From an uncultured Candidatus Actinomarina sp. (lineage in GTDB: Bacteria > Actinomycetota > Acidimicrobiia > Actinomarinales > Actinomarinaceae), in contig CACJIM010000002.1 in assembly GCA_902593475.1 (NCBI GenBank), forward strand, positions 2,427-66,426: a DNA stretch of 64,000 nucleotides. The letters are read 5' to 3'. How positions within the stretch are numbered: the stretch's first letter is position 1; each line of letters opens with the position of its first letter. Below the pieces are notes generated by a model. The model did no database searches. It was given only the letters and a program-made list of their open reading frames with translations, and had not been told where the DNA came from. Shown here one piece after another: positions 29,459-39,940 of this stretch. The position numbers and the translations under genes are program-made.

Positions 29459-30281
29459 TATCGAAAATAACTTGGGCAATTCCAATAAGTAACACAATAG
29501 CAAATCCTACATACTGAGATATTCTTAATGATTCATTCAAGATCATTGCTCCAATAATTACTCCTGTTACGGGTTCAAGGTAAGTTATTGTTCCTATAGA
29601 TACAGGTGGTATAAATTTAATTACATACCAATAAGTCGTTAATCCAACCCCTGTTAGAAAAAATCCAAGGAACACGCTAACCAATAAATTTTCTAGCATC
29701 CAAGAAAATCCTTCATATGTGAATGGAGATAGAATTATTGCTGCAAAAAAGACTTGGATAAATGCAACATTAAGTCCTCCAAATTGGACTGACTTTGAAG
29801 ATCCATAAATTATTAAGATCGCCAAAGAAATTGCACTAACTAGTCCGTAAACTACACCTAAAGCTGATGATATTGTAGAAAAATCTAGAAGAAGATATAA
29901 GCCAAAAAAACCAATAAAGATTAGTGCTACTTGAAGGAGTTTGATATTTTTTCCACGAAACAATTCAATTATCAAAATAAATATTGGATATGAAAAAACT
30001 AGTCCAATTCCTACAGCTACTGTATTCAACTCTATAGATTTGAACATTGTTGACCAATGTATAGCTAGTAAGGGGCCTAGAAAAATTCCAGAATAAAGTA
30101 AATCTTTTGTAATCTGCCTTTTCTTAAGAACAAAAATTAAAAGGAACATAGCCCCAAGAAAAGTTCTTATACCTACCAATGACATAGAGCTAACATCAGA
30201 TGTTCTAATGATTAAGGGAATAGATCCCCAGCAAATTGCTAATAAGCTAATAAGGAGATAGGCCCTAAGTTTTTTATTCAA
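29427..30281 (-). CDS. DMT/EamA-family transporter
   Basis: About 10 TM in two repeats; YLEPVTG motif. Confidence 0.85.
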   Translation of the reverse strand: MNKKLRAYLLISLLAICWGSIPLIIRTSDVSSMSLVGIRTFLGAMFLLIFVLKKRQITKDLLYSGIFLGPLLAIHWSTMFKSIELNTVAVGIGLVFSYPIFILIIELFRGKNIKLLQVALIFIGFFGLYLLLDFSTISSALGVVYGLVSAISLAILIIYGSSKSVQFGGLNVAFIQVFFAAIILSPFTYEGFSWMLENLLVSVFLGFFLTGVGLTTYWYVIKFIPPVSIGTITYLEPVTGVIIGAMILNESLRISQYVGFAIVLLIGIAQVIFDTKNQVQPLEN

Positions 30282-30283
30282 AC

Positions 30284-31642
30284 TTATTGTTGGTCTTGTT
30301 TGGAGTAATTACTAAATTGTGTAAATTCTTTACTGAAGAAAAGATCGACTTTTCCAGTTTGTCCAGATCTGTTTTTGACAATATTTACTTCTGCAACACC
30401 CGGTGTTTCAGTGCCTGGGTTGTAATAATCGTCTCTATAAAGCATCATAACTATATCTGCATCCTGCTCAATTGCTCCAGACTCCCTTAAGTCACCTAAA
30501 CGAGGTCTTTTATCTTCTCTAGCCTCGGCTGCTCTGTTTAACTGCGAAAGTGCAAATATTGGAACTTTGAGTTCTCTTGCTAAGTTTTTTAAGTTTCTAC
30601 TTATTTCAGCAATTTCTTGCTGTCTGTTATCGCCAGATGAACTTTGCATTAGTTGCAGATAGTCAACAAGTATGAGATCTAGGCCCTTGGAAGACTTTAG
30701 TCTTCTTGATTTTGCTCGTATATCTGTAACAGTAATGATAGGAGCATCATCAAAATACAGTGGAAGGCTATTAACTTTTGATGCAGCCTCTACAACTCTT
30801 GACCATTTTTCAGGTCCTAGTTGACCTTTTCTTGCATCTCCGGAAGTAACTTTTGCTTCAGAAAATAAAACTCTTTGAACCAATTCTTCTTTTGTCATTT
30901 CAAGGGAGAAAAATGCTGCTATCTTTCCATCTTTTGCTACATTGGTTGCAATATTTAAAGCTAAAGAGGATTTACCCATGCTTGGTCTTGAAGCTAGTAC
31001 TGCTAAGTTTCCTTCTTGTAATCCAGAAAGATAATAATCTAAATCTGAAAAATAAGTTGGAAGTCCTGATAGCCCGGTTCCTCTATTTTCAATTTCTTCA
31101 ATTCTTTCTATCGCAGATTCAAGTACATCATTTACACCAACTAATCCGTCACCAATTGCATCATCAGAAGCTGTAAATATTGTTTGTTCTGCTTCATCCA
31201 AAACACTATGAATTTCTTTATCCATAGCCATGGCTAATAGCTCAATTCTTCCGCTAGCTTTTAAAAGTTTTCTTCTGTGTGAATGCTCTAAAACAATCTC
31301 TATATATCTTTCAAAATTTGCAGAACTAGGAACATTCTCAACAAGTCTTGCAATATAAGAAGCATTTACAGATGAGTTTTTTGTATCTTTAAAAATTAGT
31401 TCCGAAACAGTTACGGTATCTATGGGATTACCTGTATCAAAAAGTCCTTTCATTGCTTCAAAAACACTTTGATTAGAAGGGCTATAAAAATCTGCTGGCT
31501 TTACTTCTTCCATGAGTCTTGTTACAGCGTCTCTTGATAGTAATGCACTACCTAAAAGAGCTTCTTCTGCTTCTAAACTATGTGGAGGAACTTTACCTAA
31601 AGATTGGTTATCTCTAGATGAAAGTGCCTCTGGACCAACCAT
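30284..31642 (-). CDS. dnaB: Replicative DNA helicase
   Basis: PPHSLEAE, ASRPSMGKS, FSLEM, ILVDYLQLM, ALSQLNR, DLRESGAIEQDAD, KNRSG; no intein. Confidence 0.98.
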   Translation of the reverse strand: MVGPEALSSRDNQSLGKVPPHSLEAEEALLGSALLSRDAVTRLMEEVKPADFYSPSNQSVFEAMKGLFDTGNPIDTVTVSELIFKDTKNSSVNASYIARLVENVPSSANFERYIEIVLEHSHRRKLLKASGRIELLAMAMDKEIHSVLDEAEQTIFTASDDAIGDGLVGVNDVLESAIERIEEIENRGTGLSGLPTYFSDLDYYLSGLQEGNLAVLASRPSMGKSSLALNIATNVAKDGKIAAFFSLEMTKEELVQRVLFSEAKVTSGDARKGQLGPEKWSRVVEAASKVNSLPLYFDDAPIITVTDIRAKSRRLKSSKGLDLILVDYLQLMQSSSGDNRQQEIAEISRNLKNLARELKVPIFALSQLNRAAEAREDKRPRLGDLRESGAIEQDADIVMMLYRDDYYNPGTETPGVAEVNIVKNRSGQTGKVDLFFSKEFTQFSNYSKQDQQ

Positions 31643-32094
31643 TATTTTGTATCTGGGACTATCTCTAAAGTAATATCGAAACTTGTATCAGGTCCTAAAA
31701 CTACCTTTACAGTATGTAAGCCAATTTCTTTTACCTGGTTTTCAACATTAATTTGGTCTTCTTCAAGTTTAAATCCTGAAAATGTTTCAACTGCTTCAGT
31801 TATTTGCTCATTATTGATAGCAGCATATAAAGTTCCTTCATCAGTAGATGTTTGAGAAATTACGATATGTGCATCAGCAAGTGCTGTCTTGATAGACTCC
31901 GCAAGTTCAGAGTTTATTTGTGCTTGTTCTTGTCTTTTCTCTTGAAGCTTTTGAGCAAACTCCAAATTATTTGCTGTTGCAACTATTGCTAATTTTTTAG
32001 GTAAGAGATAGTTTCTTGCATAGCCTTTGGCGACATCAACAACATCTCCTTTTCTCCCTAATGACTGAACATCTGAGTTTAGAATTAATTTCAT
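31642..32094 (-). CDS. rplI: 50S ribosomal protein L9
   Basis: [22 protein letters not shown]. Confidence 0.97.
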   Translation of the reverse strand: MKLILNSDVQSLGRKGDVVDVAKGYARNYLLPKKLAIVATANNLEFAQKLQEKRQEQAQINSELAESIKTALADAHIVISQTSTDEGTLYAAINNEQITEAVETFSGFKLEEDQINVENQVKEIGLHTVKVVLGPDTSFDITLEIVPDTK

Positions 32095-32378
32095 CTTCTG
32101 TTGTAACTTTGCTTGTACGAACTTGTTGTTACATAAGGTAAAAGTGCTAGCTCTCTTGCAACTTTTATTAACCTGGCTACCTTTGCTTGTTCTTGTTTTG
32201 TAATACCAGTTATTAAGCTTGACCTGATTTTTCCTCGATCAGAAATAAACTTTTCTAAAAGTTTTACATCCTTGTATGTTGCATTTTCAATCTGTTTTTT
32301 TGTAATTCTTCTTGGTTTTGGAGCTTCATATTTTGAAGACCTTCTACCAGTGTTTCTTTTTGTATTTGCCATTTTCAA
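32091..32378 (-). CDS. rpsR: 30S ribosomal protein S18 (no Cys)
   Basis: [26 protein letters not shown]. Confidence 0.96.
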   Translation of the reverse strand: MKMANTKRNTGRRSSKYEAPKPRRITKKQIENATYKDVKLLEKFISDRGKIRSSLITGITKQEQAKVARLIKVARELALLPYVTTSSYKQSYNRR

Positions 32379-32384
32379 ATCTCC

Positions 32385-32810
32385 TTAAAACGGTGCTTCG
32401 TCTTCTTCATAATTTTCTCTGGCTACAGGCTCTTGGCTAGAAGGCATTCCACCAGATGCTCTTTCGACACTTGCTTTAGCCCATCTTAAGCTTGGTGCAA
32501 TTTCATCAATTGAAATATCTACTACTGACCTATTTTGTCCATCTTGAGTTTCCCAAGATCTGTAGTTCAACTTTCCTACAACAATGACTCTCATGCCTTT
32601 TTGAAGAGAAGCTGCAGCGTTTTCTGCCATATCATTCCAAACAGTTCCTTGAAAAAACATCGGATCTCCTGGTTCCCATGAACCATCCGCAGTTCTTTTA
32701 TTTTTATTTTGTGCAATTCTTATTTCTGCTAATGTTGCACCACCATCAGTCACTCTGATCTCTGGATCAGCAGTTAAATTTCCAACTATTGTTACTGTAT
32801 TGTCTACCAT
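32385..32810 (-). CDS. ssb: Single-stranded DNA-binding protein
   Basis: TIVGNLTADPE, KGMRVIVVG, IAPSLRWA, acidic tail DEAPF. Confidence 0.96.
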   Translation of the reverse strand: MVDNTVTIVGNLTADPEIRVTDGGATLAEIRIAQNKNKRTADGSWEPGDPMFFQGTVWNDMAENAAASLQKGMRVIVVGKLNYRSWETQDGQNRSVVDISIDEIAPSLRWAKASVERASGGMPSSQEPVARENYEEDEAPF

Positions 32811-32822
32811 TTTTATCTACCT

Positions 32823-33110
32823 CTAGCTTTCCATCTTTAAGACTTTGTGTCTAATGACATCATCAGATATTTTTAGCACTCTATCGAGTTCCGCAGGAAC
32901 TTCCGAGGGGCTTTCAAAAGTCGTAATGGTGTAGATTCCTTCTTTGAAAGTATCTATCTCATAGGCAAGTTTTCTCTTTTGCCATACACCTTGTTCTGAA
33001 ACACTTCCTCCACCACTAGAAATTACATCTGTAATGGATTTGTGTATTGATTCGACGACTGTATCGTCTGCTGTTGGTCTCACTATTGAGACTAAGTCAT
33101 ATTTATTCAT
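32823..33110 (-). CDS. rpsF: 30S ribosomal protein S6
   Basis: WQKRKLAYEI, ELDRVLKISDDVIRH. Confidence 0.96.
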   Translation of the reverse strand: MNKYDLVSIVRPTADDTVVESIHKSITDVISSGGGSVSEQGVWQKRKLAYEIDTFKEGIYTITTFESPSEVPAELDRVLKISDDVIRHKVLKMES

Positions 33111-33113
33111 TTT

Positions 33114-33157
33114 TCTCCTATGGACACTTATACGTGGCTTCTTTCGAAGCAGGTACC
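33114..33157 (-). promoter_or_regulatory. S6:S18-binding mRNA leader of the rpsF operon
   Basis: Minus strand CCT-GCTTC-GAAA-GAAGC-CA-CGTATAAGTG-TCCATAGGAG: CCT can pair with AGG of the SD; inner GNRA hairpin followed by CCR. Confidence 0.7.
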
Positions 33158-33181
33158 TATTAATTTAATACTAGAAATGGA

Positions 33182-34045
33182 CTATGACAGAATTTTTTTA
33201 ATTTCTTTTTTCCACTCTTTAAGAGAGTCATTAATGTCGTTACCCATATCGTATGAATAATCATCAGTTGGAAATTCTCTTTTTTCTATTTCATCTTTGT
33301 ATGTTTTTAATGCTTTTAAGGAAGCTTCGTACTGCTGATCGTATCTCTTAACAAATTTAGCATCAATATATTCTTTTGACTTCATTCCTAGTAAATCATG
33401 TAAAACAAGGACTTGACCATCTGTTAAATTCCCAGCACCTATGCCAATAGTAGGAATATTGATATTCTCAGAAATTGACTGCGCAACAACTGTTGGAACA
33501 CCTTCTAAAACCATTGAAAAACAACCAAGCTCTTGAAGGAGTAAAGCATCTTCAAATAATTGTCTAGCTAAATCTAAGGTTTTACCCTGAACTTTATACC
33601 CACCCATAAGATTCTTTGATTGAGGAGTTAAACCAAGATGGCCCATTACGGGTATTTCTGCCTCTAACAAAGCTTGAATGGTTTCTTCTCTTTTTCTACC
33701 ACCTTCAATTTTTACAGCATCAGCTTTTCCTTCTTGAATAAATCTTCCGGCATTTTTTATCGTATCTTCTTTACTGACGTGATAAGACATATAAGGCATG
33801 TCAGCAACAACGAGGCTTGAAGGTTTTGCGTTAGTTACAGCTTTAACATGATGTAACATTTCATCTACGGTAACGGACAGTGTGTCGTCATGGCCAAGAA
33901 CTACTTGTGCTAGGGAATCGCCAACCAAGATTATATCTATTTCTGCTTCCGAAACTGCCTTTGCTGATGGATAATCATACGCCGTCATCATAGAAATAAC
34001 ACGGCTATTTTTTAAATTAGTTATATAAGGTACTGTTTTTTTCAT
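33182..34045 (-). CDS. panB: 3-methyl-2-oxobutanoate hydroxymethyltransferase
   Basis: TAYDY, LVGDSL, VVADMPY, AVKIEGG, MGHLGLTPQS, TIGIGAG, DGQVLV; likely start MKKTVP at 34045 (ORF track 34138). Confidence 0.96.
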   Translation of the reverse strand: MKKTVPYITNLKNSRVISMMTAYDYPSAKAVSEAEIDIILVGDSLAQVVLGHDDTLSVTVDEMLHHVKAVTNAKPSSLVVADMPYMSYHVSKEDTIKNAGRFIQEGKADAVKIEGGRKREETIQALLEAEIPVMGHLGLTPQSKNLMGGYKVQGKTLDLARQLFEDALLLQELGCFSMVLEGVPTVVAQSISENINIPTIGIGAGNLTDGQVLVLHDLLGMKSKEYIDAKFVKRYDQQYEASLKALKTYKDEIEKREFPTDDYSYDMGNDINDSLKEWKKEIKKILS

Positions 34046-34192
34046 TTCCTCTCTCCGCTTTAAAAGTCGAAGGATTAATTTAATTATAAATCTCAAAAAA
34101 TTTTTTATATAAGCTTTTTTAATTTTTTCAAATTTCAAATGAAGTGTAATATATGTTTACTTAAATTAAACCAATTGTTATAAGGAGAAGTA

Positions 34193-34858
34193 GTGAATCA
34201 AGACAACAGTATCTCAGGCAAAGCTTCAAGTGGATGGTTAGGTGTGCTTGTTTTTGTTGTTGGTTTATATCTAGCGTGCACTTTGATAGCAAATATTGCA
34301 TCACTTCGAATCGTGATTTTTGCAGGTTTTTCTATAGATGCTGGTACATTAATTTATCCCCTTACGTTTACTTTGAGAGACCTTATTCATAAAGTAGGTG
34401 GAACAAAAACAGCTCGAGCGACTATTTTTACTGGAGCAGGAGTAAATGTTTTAATGGTTGTATATTTTTGGTGGGTATCAACAGCTCCTGCTGATTTAGA
34501 GGTTGGTCCGCAAACAGAATGGTCAACCGTCCTTGGGCCACAATGGAGAATTGTGACTGCATCAATTATTGCTATGTTAATTGCAGAGTTAATAGATACA
34601 TATGTGTACCAAAAATGGGTCAGTAGATTTAAATATAAATACCAATGGGGAAGAGTTCTTTCTTCAAATGCTATTTCATCTCCTATTGATTCGTTGGTGT
34701 TCTCTTTTATAGCCTTTTATGGGTTAATACCAATAAGTGTTGTTTGGTCGATATTTGCATCTATGGTTGGTATAAAACTAATAAGCTCATTAGTTAGTTT
34801 GCCAGCAATTTATTTAATTAGGCCAAAACTTGAATGGACTTTAGAAGGTCAATCCTGA
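34193..34858 (+). CDS. yhhQ: Queuosine-precursor transporter (YhhQ/DUF165/VUT family)
   Basis: AGTLIYPLTFTLRDLI, WRIVTASIIA..IAELID, SNAISSPIDSLVFSFIAF. Confidence 0.88.
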   Translation: MNQDNSISGKASSGWLGVLVFVVGLYLACTLIANIASLRIVIFAGFSIDAGTLIYPLTFTLRDLIHKVGGTKTARATIFTGAGVNVLMVVYFWWVSTAPADLEVGPQTEWSTVLGPQWRIVTASIIAMLIAELIDTYVYQKWVSRFKYKYQWGRVLSSNAISSPIDSLVFSFIAFYGLIPISVVWSIFASMVGIKLISSLVSLPAIYLIRPKLEWTLEGQS

Positions 34859-34919
34859 TAGATAATATAATTTGTTATAAAATTTATTAATCTTTTTATC
34901 GTCGTTTAATATTTAAAAT

Positions 34920-35522
34920 ATGAAAACAGTAAAAGTTTTATTATTACTATTATTTGTTTCATGTACAGCAATAGAAAGCGTAGAAATAGTGGACAGTAAA
35001 TATCAAAAAGCTTATTTTGCAGGCGGTTGTTTTTGGTGTATGGAACCTCCGTTTGAAGCTCTTGAAGGAGTTGTTGAAGCAACCTCTGGATATATGGGTG
35101 GTAGTGTAGAAAATCCTACTTATGAAGAAGTGACAACTGGGGAGACAGGCCATGCGGAAGTTGTAGAAATCTTGTTTGATCCAGAAGTAGTCACATATGG
35201 GGAATTGCTAGAAGTATTTTGGAGAAACATAGATCCTACTGCATTAAATTATCAATTTGCAGATGTTGGTTCACAATACAGAACTGAAATTTTTACTGTT
35301 GGTGAAGAACAAAAAAGCTTAGCTGAAAAATCAAAAGTTGAATTAGATGAATCAGGAAAATTTAACAAACCAATCGTAACTGCAATCTCAGTTGCTCCGG
35401 AGTTCTACATTGCTGAAGATTACCATCAAGATTTTTACAAAAAACAAAGCATGCGTTATAAAATGTACGCTCAAGCTAGTGGTAGAAAAGGATTTTTAGA
35501 AAAAACTTGGCAAGAAGACTAG
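34920..35522 (+). CDS. msrA: Peptide-methionine (S)-S-oxide reductase with lipoprotein-like N-terminus
   Basis: FAGGCFWCME, TGHAEVV, QFADVGSQYR, AEDYHQDFY; MKTVKVLLLLLFVSC leader. Confidence 0.95.
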   Translation: MKTVKVLLLLLFVSCTAIESVEIVDSKYQKAYFAGGCFWCMEPPFEALEGVVEATSGYMGGSVENPTYEEVTTGETGHAEVVEILFDPEVVTYGELLEVFWRNIDPTALNYQFADVGSQYRTEIFTVGEEQKSLAEKSKVELDESGKFNKPIVTAISVAPEFYIAEDYHQDFYKKQSMRYKMYAQASGRKGFLEKTWQED

Positions 35523-36487
35523 TTTTTTAAAGTCTTGTAGAGCGTCTCTTTCCACTCTTTATTATCAATCTCCCAAATAACATTGATATTTTTTGTTGTA
35601 TGTGACCAGTACTCATCAATATGAGGTTCGCTTTCGCCAACATTTAGCTCATCTACAATTGTCATTCCCCTGGCTGGTCCATCCAGGACAATTTTAACAT
35701 GATGGCGATCTTGCTTTAATACAACATCATTGTTTAAAGCGACTGCCATAGCTACTGGGTCCGGCAGTCCTAATCCTGGATCTCCCAACCAATTCTGGCT
35801 TGAATCAAGAGCATGTTTGTTGCAATCTATTGTGAAATCGCCTTTTTTTGTCTTAAAGCTGTAAACAAAGTCCATTTCTTCTTCTGTTAAATTCGCACCT
35901 CCACGACAAAGCTCCCATCCAACTATTGTTATATCGGGATGTCCAGACTCAAATACAATGTCCGCAGCTTCAGGGTCGCACCAAATATTGTATTCAGCCG
36001 CAGGTGTTACATTTCCAACTGTTGTAGCTGCTCCCCCCATTATGACTATGTTTTTAATCTTTTTAAAAGATTCTGGATGTTTTTGTATGAAATAGCCAAC
36101 ATTGGTTAATGGCCCCAGAGTTACCAGTGTTATCTCATTTGGATATTGTTCAACTAATGATTGTAAAACTTCTATGTAGTCAGAGTTATCCTCATTAAGT
36201 TGAGGGTCTGGATAATTCATATTTCCCATACCGTCTGGCCCATGAAACCAGTCTGCATGTTCTCTTTTTTTCACCATTGGTTTATCACTTCCCACATATA
36301 CGGGTACATTTTTTTCACAAAGCTCAATCGTGTACCTAGCGTTAATACTTCCTTGTTCAACCGGCATGTTCCCAGAAACTATGCTTACACCTAATACCTC
36401 TACATCTGGATATTCAAGAGCCATCAATAATGCAACGGCATCATCTGATGCAGTATCTGTATCAATAAAAAATTTTCGTTTTGTCAT
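35519..36487 (-). CDS. Nucleoside hydrolase (IunH family)
   Basis: IDTDTASDDA, FHGPDGMG, LGPLTN, MGG, AEYNIWCDPEAA, PDP. Confidence 0.93.
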   Translation of the reverse strand: MTKRKFFIDTDTASDDAVALLMALEYPDVEVLGVSIVSGNMPVEQGSINARYTIELCEKNVPVYVGSDKPMVKKREHADWFHGPDGMGNMNYPDPQLNEDNSDYIEVLQSLVEQYPNEITLVTLGPLTNVGYFIQKHPESFKKIKNIVIMGGAATTVGNVTPAAEYNIWCDPEAADIVFESGHPDITIVGWELCRGGANLTEEEMDFVYSFKTKKGDFTIDCNKHALDSSQNWLGDPGLGLPDPVAMAVALNNDVVLKQDRHHVKIVLDGPARGMTIVDELNVGESEPHIDEYWSHTTKNINVIWEIDNKEWKETLYKTLKN

Positions 36488-36508
36488 AAAACTAGACTAT
36501 CAAATATT

Positions 36509-37165
36509 TTATAAACTATCACAGTGCTTTCGTAATACGTTTTTTGGATAACTATCGCTAATCACAAAATCCGGATCGGGGTTTAAAGTGTTTTGTGACT
36601 TTTCTGACATTAATTGCAGGTACTCCTCTGAATCTCTCCAGTTTTTAATACTGTATTGTTGATTTTCTTCCCACCAGTCAACTTCATCTTGAATTGTCCA
36701 CTGGTTGTCTATAGATATCAAATGCTTTTCTAATGCTTGATTTGCTTCTCTTGAGTCTTCAAAGTTATTATAAAATCCTTCAATTAATCCAGCTAGGTAG
36801 TCATTATTGATTTCATATTCTGAAATAATTTTTTCTAAACCTTCAATTCCTATTTTATTAATTCTTAATGCCTCATACACATAGTCAAGCTTTGTAGCAT
36901 CTAAGCCTGAATATGTTCTATATATTTCACTTTCATATGCTTCAATTTGTATTGTGTCAAACACTCCTTCAATAGCATCTGCTAATTCAGTGCAGTTATC
37001 TATTTTCTCAGATGCTGTTTCTTTGAATTCCTTTTGGGTTTCTTGTTGTGCTTCAGACATAGCATCTTTTGCGATAAGCATTTCCTCAGCGAATGGATCC
37101 AGATCAGTTTCTGCAGTTCCACCACAGAAAGATATAAGCAAAAGGAGTGTCACTAGTTTTTTCAT
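36509..37165 (-). CDS. Putative lipoprotein, CGGTAE-leader family member 1
   Basis: MKK, hydrophobic core, ISFC; acidic helical body. Confidence 0.65.
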   Translation of the reverse strand: MKKLVTLLLLISFCGGTAETDLDPFAEEMLIAKDAMSEAQQETQKEFKETASEKIDNCTELADAIEGVFDTIQIEAYESEIYRTYSGLDATKLDYVYEALRINKIGIEGLEKIISEYEINNDYLAGLIEGFYNNFEDSREANQALEKHLISIDNQWTIQDEVDWWEENQQYSIKNWRDSEEYLQLMSEKSQNTLNPDPDFVISDSYPKNVLRKHCDSL

Positions 37166-37166
37166 C

Positions 37167-38147
37167 TTAATACATGGTTGTGTATGTCAAGTGGTGTGGA
37201 TAATGTGTAGAATGATAATTTTTCCATAATCGATAATCTAGTTGAGGTATTATAATTGCTTTGTCCTCAGGTCTTCTTTTGTTTATGCTTTCTGTCAAAA
37301 GGGCTGTTGTGTAAATTGATGCTATCCTTATCTCAATCTCTTCATCAGTATCTCGCTCTATTAATACTCCTCTTTTAATTTTTTTATCTAGTTGAGGACT
37401 ATAAGTAGTAATATTTTTCAAATTTAAAGCAACTGGGATTATGTAGTCAGCAAAAGCTGTCATGGAGTTCATATCCTCTATTTTGAAGTAATTGGATCTA
37501 GAGAGTTCAGCGTGAATTACCCAAAATGCTAATTGAGCTAATTTGTAAAATTTAATTTTGCTCCCTTTAAACTGTGATGAATCATCAAATCTTGGAAATT
37601 CTTCGATTAATCTTTCTATCAGTCCACTTCCTTCTGAATAGAGTTTTTTTGGCCCATTGTTGATAAAATTTATCCAATCACCTTCATAGCTATCTACAAG
37701 TTTTTGTCCTACTTCATTTAATATTTCAACTCGTTCATTCAACATAGGCATTTCAATATTTCCAACAAAAATATTTTTTAGCTGCTGCAGAGAAATACTG
37801 GCCATTTCATTACCATCTGTTAATTTAATTCCTGAACTTATTGCATTGTTTACTTGAAAATACATTGCTTCGCTGTCAGAAAGAATTTTTCCATCTTCGT
37901 TAATTTCATATTTAATAGATTTATCAAAATCTGTAAAAGCAAAATTTAAAGTGTTCATAAACATCGTTGCTCTAATAAAATCATCCGCATCGTCTCTTAC
38001 AGCAGCGCTATTTGGAATAGGAAACTCCTCATAAGCTAGCCAATCAGCAACAGATTCTATGGAATCTTTATTTATTGAGAGGTGTTTAAGCTGGTCTACA
38101 ACTTTTGATACAGAACTTAAGACTTCGGAGTCCCAATTTATTTTCAC
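37167..38147 (-). CDS. Queuosine salvage N-glycosylase (DUF2419/Qng1 family)
   Basis: NTLNFAF, FYKLAQL, TAFADYIIP, EIEIRIAS, LDYRLW, HHLTYTTMY C-terminus. Confidence 0.85.
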   Translation of the reverse strand: MKINWDSEVLSSVSKVVDQLKHLSINKDSIESVADWLAYEEFPIPNSAAVRDDADDFIRATMFMNTLNFAFTDFDKSIKYEINEDGKILSDSEAMYFQVNNAISSGIKLTDGNEMASISLQQLKNIFVGNIEMPMLNERVEILNEVGQKLVDSYEGDWINFINNGPKKLYSEGSGLIERLIEEFPRFDDSSQFKGSKIKFYKLAQLAFWVIHAELSRSNYFKIEDMNSMTAFADYIIPVALNLKNITTYSPQLDKKIKRGVLIERDTDEEIEIRIASIYTTALLTESINKRRPEDKAIIIPQLDYRLWKNYHSTHYPHHLTYTTMY

Positions 38148-38195
38148 ATAAAGAATCTTAGTAGAAAATAGTAAAAAAAATTTTATACTAGTTTT

Positions 38196-39062
38196 ATGAG
38201 TTCAAAAATTTGTGTAATCGGAAGTTCAAATATTGATCAAATAGCATATACAAAAAATATTCCTGCAGATGGAGAAACGCTATTTGGAGATTCCTTTCAA
38301 ATGGGTTTTGGAGGAAAGGGAGCTAATCAAGCTGTTATGGCTGGTCTGCTTGGAGCTGATGTATATATGATTACTTGTTTAGGCGATGATGTTTATAAAG
38401 AAATGACAATAAACAACTACGAAGCAAATAATGTAAATACTGATCATATACAATTAGTCAAAGGTGCAAGTGGTGTAGCTCCTATATGGGTTGATGCGAC
38501 AGGCCAGAATAGAATAATTGTTATTCCTGGTGCAAATAATGAAATAGATGCGCAAAAAGCAATTTCATCTATAGAAGAAATTGGAGATATTTCGGTTTTA
38601 GTTGGGCAGTGTGAAATCCCAATGGAAGTCAACCATGAAGTCTTCCAATATGCAAAAAGTAACTCTGTCACAACAATATTTAACCCAGCTCCTGCAAAAA
38701 AACTAGAAAGAGAATTCTTGGAGCATATCAGTTGGCTAATCCCAAACGAAAATGAATTTGAGTTAATAAGTGGCATGGAGCCTAATGATGATAACTTTTT
38801 AAAATTTAATGAAGAGATACCTTGTAATTTGATTGTTACTTTAGGTGAAAAAGGTGCTGTTTTGGTTGATGAAAATAAAACATATTATTTTGATGCTCCA
38901 TCTGTAAATGCAATAGACACCACTGGGGCTGGTGATTCGTTTATCGGAACCTTTGCATATGAATTGTCAGAATCAAACTCACCAGAATCTTGTATAAAAA
39001 AGGCAGTAGAAAAAGCTAGTCAGTCAGTTACAAAAAAGGGTACTCAGTCTTCTTACAGTTAA
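38196..39062 (+). CDS. rbsK: Ribokinase (PfkB family)
   Basis: GGKGANQAV, FNPAP, PNENE, VTLGEKGA, DTTGAGDSFIG. Confidence 0.92.
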   Translation: MSSKICVIGSSNIDQIAYTKNIPADGETLFGDSFQMGFGGKGANQAVMAGLLGADVYMITCLGDDVYKEMTINNYEANNVNTDHIQLVKGASGVAPIWVDATGQNRIIVIPGANNEIDAQKAISSIEEIGDISVLVGQCEIPMEVNHEVFQYAKSNSVTTIFNPAPAKKLEREFLEHISWLIPNENEFELISGMEPNDDNFLKFNEEIPCNLIVTLGEKGAVLVDENKTYYFDAPSVNAIDTTGAGDSFIGTFAYELSESNSPESCIKKAVEKASQSVTKKGTQSSYS

Positions 39063-39079
39063 TCTTATTGAAGATACTT

Positions 39080-39850
39080 CTACTGATCGATAGTTAAGCT
39101 TGATTCTAAAATAATATTTGTCGCATTACTTACAGCGTCTAAATATGTGTCTTTATCTAAAGCTTCTTTTCTAGATTGGTCACCATAAATTACAAGTAAG
39201 GCTCCCGTTCTTACTCTTCTATAGCTTCCCACTACAAATAAAGCAGAGACTTCCATTTCAGAACATAATACGCCACCTCGAACCCAAGCCTCCCATTTTT
39301 GATTTAAGTCGTATGAAACGGGCATTGAATCTGGGTCGTGTTGCCCGTAAAAAGAATCTTTTGTTTGTACAACACCGATGTGATAAGTGCTTCCCTTATC
39401 TTTCGCAGCTTGTTCAAGCGCAAAGACCATGTCAGCAGATCCAACAGCAGGGTATTCAATTGGCATATACTCTGTAGATGTGCCTTCTTGTCTTACGGCA
39501 CCATTGGCTATTACTAAATCTCCAACTCTTGTGTGCTCCTGCATAGCTCCAGAAGTTCCAAGTCGAACCATTGTTTTTACCCCAATGTTTGCTAACTCTT
39601 CTACACCTATTGCCGTTGAAGGACATCCCATTCCTGTTGACATTACACTTACTGGTCTACCTTTATATGTACCTGTAAATGTTTTATATTCTCTGTTAAA
39701 GGCAATTTCTTTTGCATCATCAAAATGTCCAGCGATAAACTCTACTCTTCCTGGGTCTCCAGGCAAAATTACAAAATCGGCAACATCCCCTGGCGCAAGT
39801 CCAATATGGTACTGTTTTTCTCCATCAAGCATTGATTTTTTTTCTGTCAT
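39080..39850 (-). CDS. udp: Uridine phosphorylase
   Basis: QYHIGL, PGDPGRV, STGMGCPS, RLGTSG, DSFYGQ, SEME. Confidence 0.9.
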   Translation of the reverse strand: MTEKKSMLDGEKQYHIGLAPGDVADFVILPGDPGRVEFIAGHFDDAKEIAFNREYKTFTGTYKGRPVSVMSTGMGCPSTAIGVEELANIGVKTMVRLGTSGAMQEHTRVGDLVIANGAVRQEGTSTEYMPIEYPAVGSADMVFALEQAAKDKGSTYHIGVVQTKDSFYGQHDPDSMPVSYDLNQKWEAWVRGGVLCSEMEVSALFVVGSYRRVRTGALLVIYGDQSRKEALDKDTYLDAVSNATNIILESSLTIDQ

Positions 39851-39940
39851 GGTTGAGATGATATCAAATCATCTTTAAAAGGTCACTAAAATTTTTTATA
39901 AATTTGTAGAAATTGCTATTAAAAGTGATAGTTTAATGAT

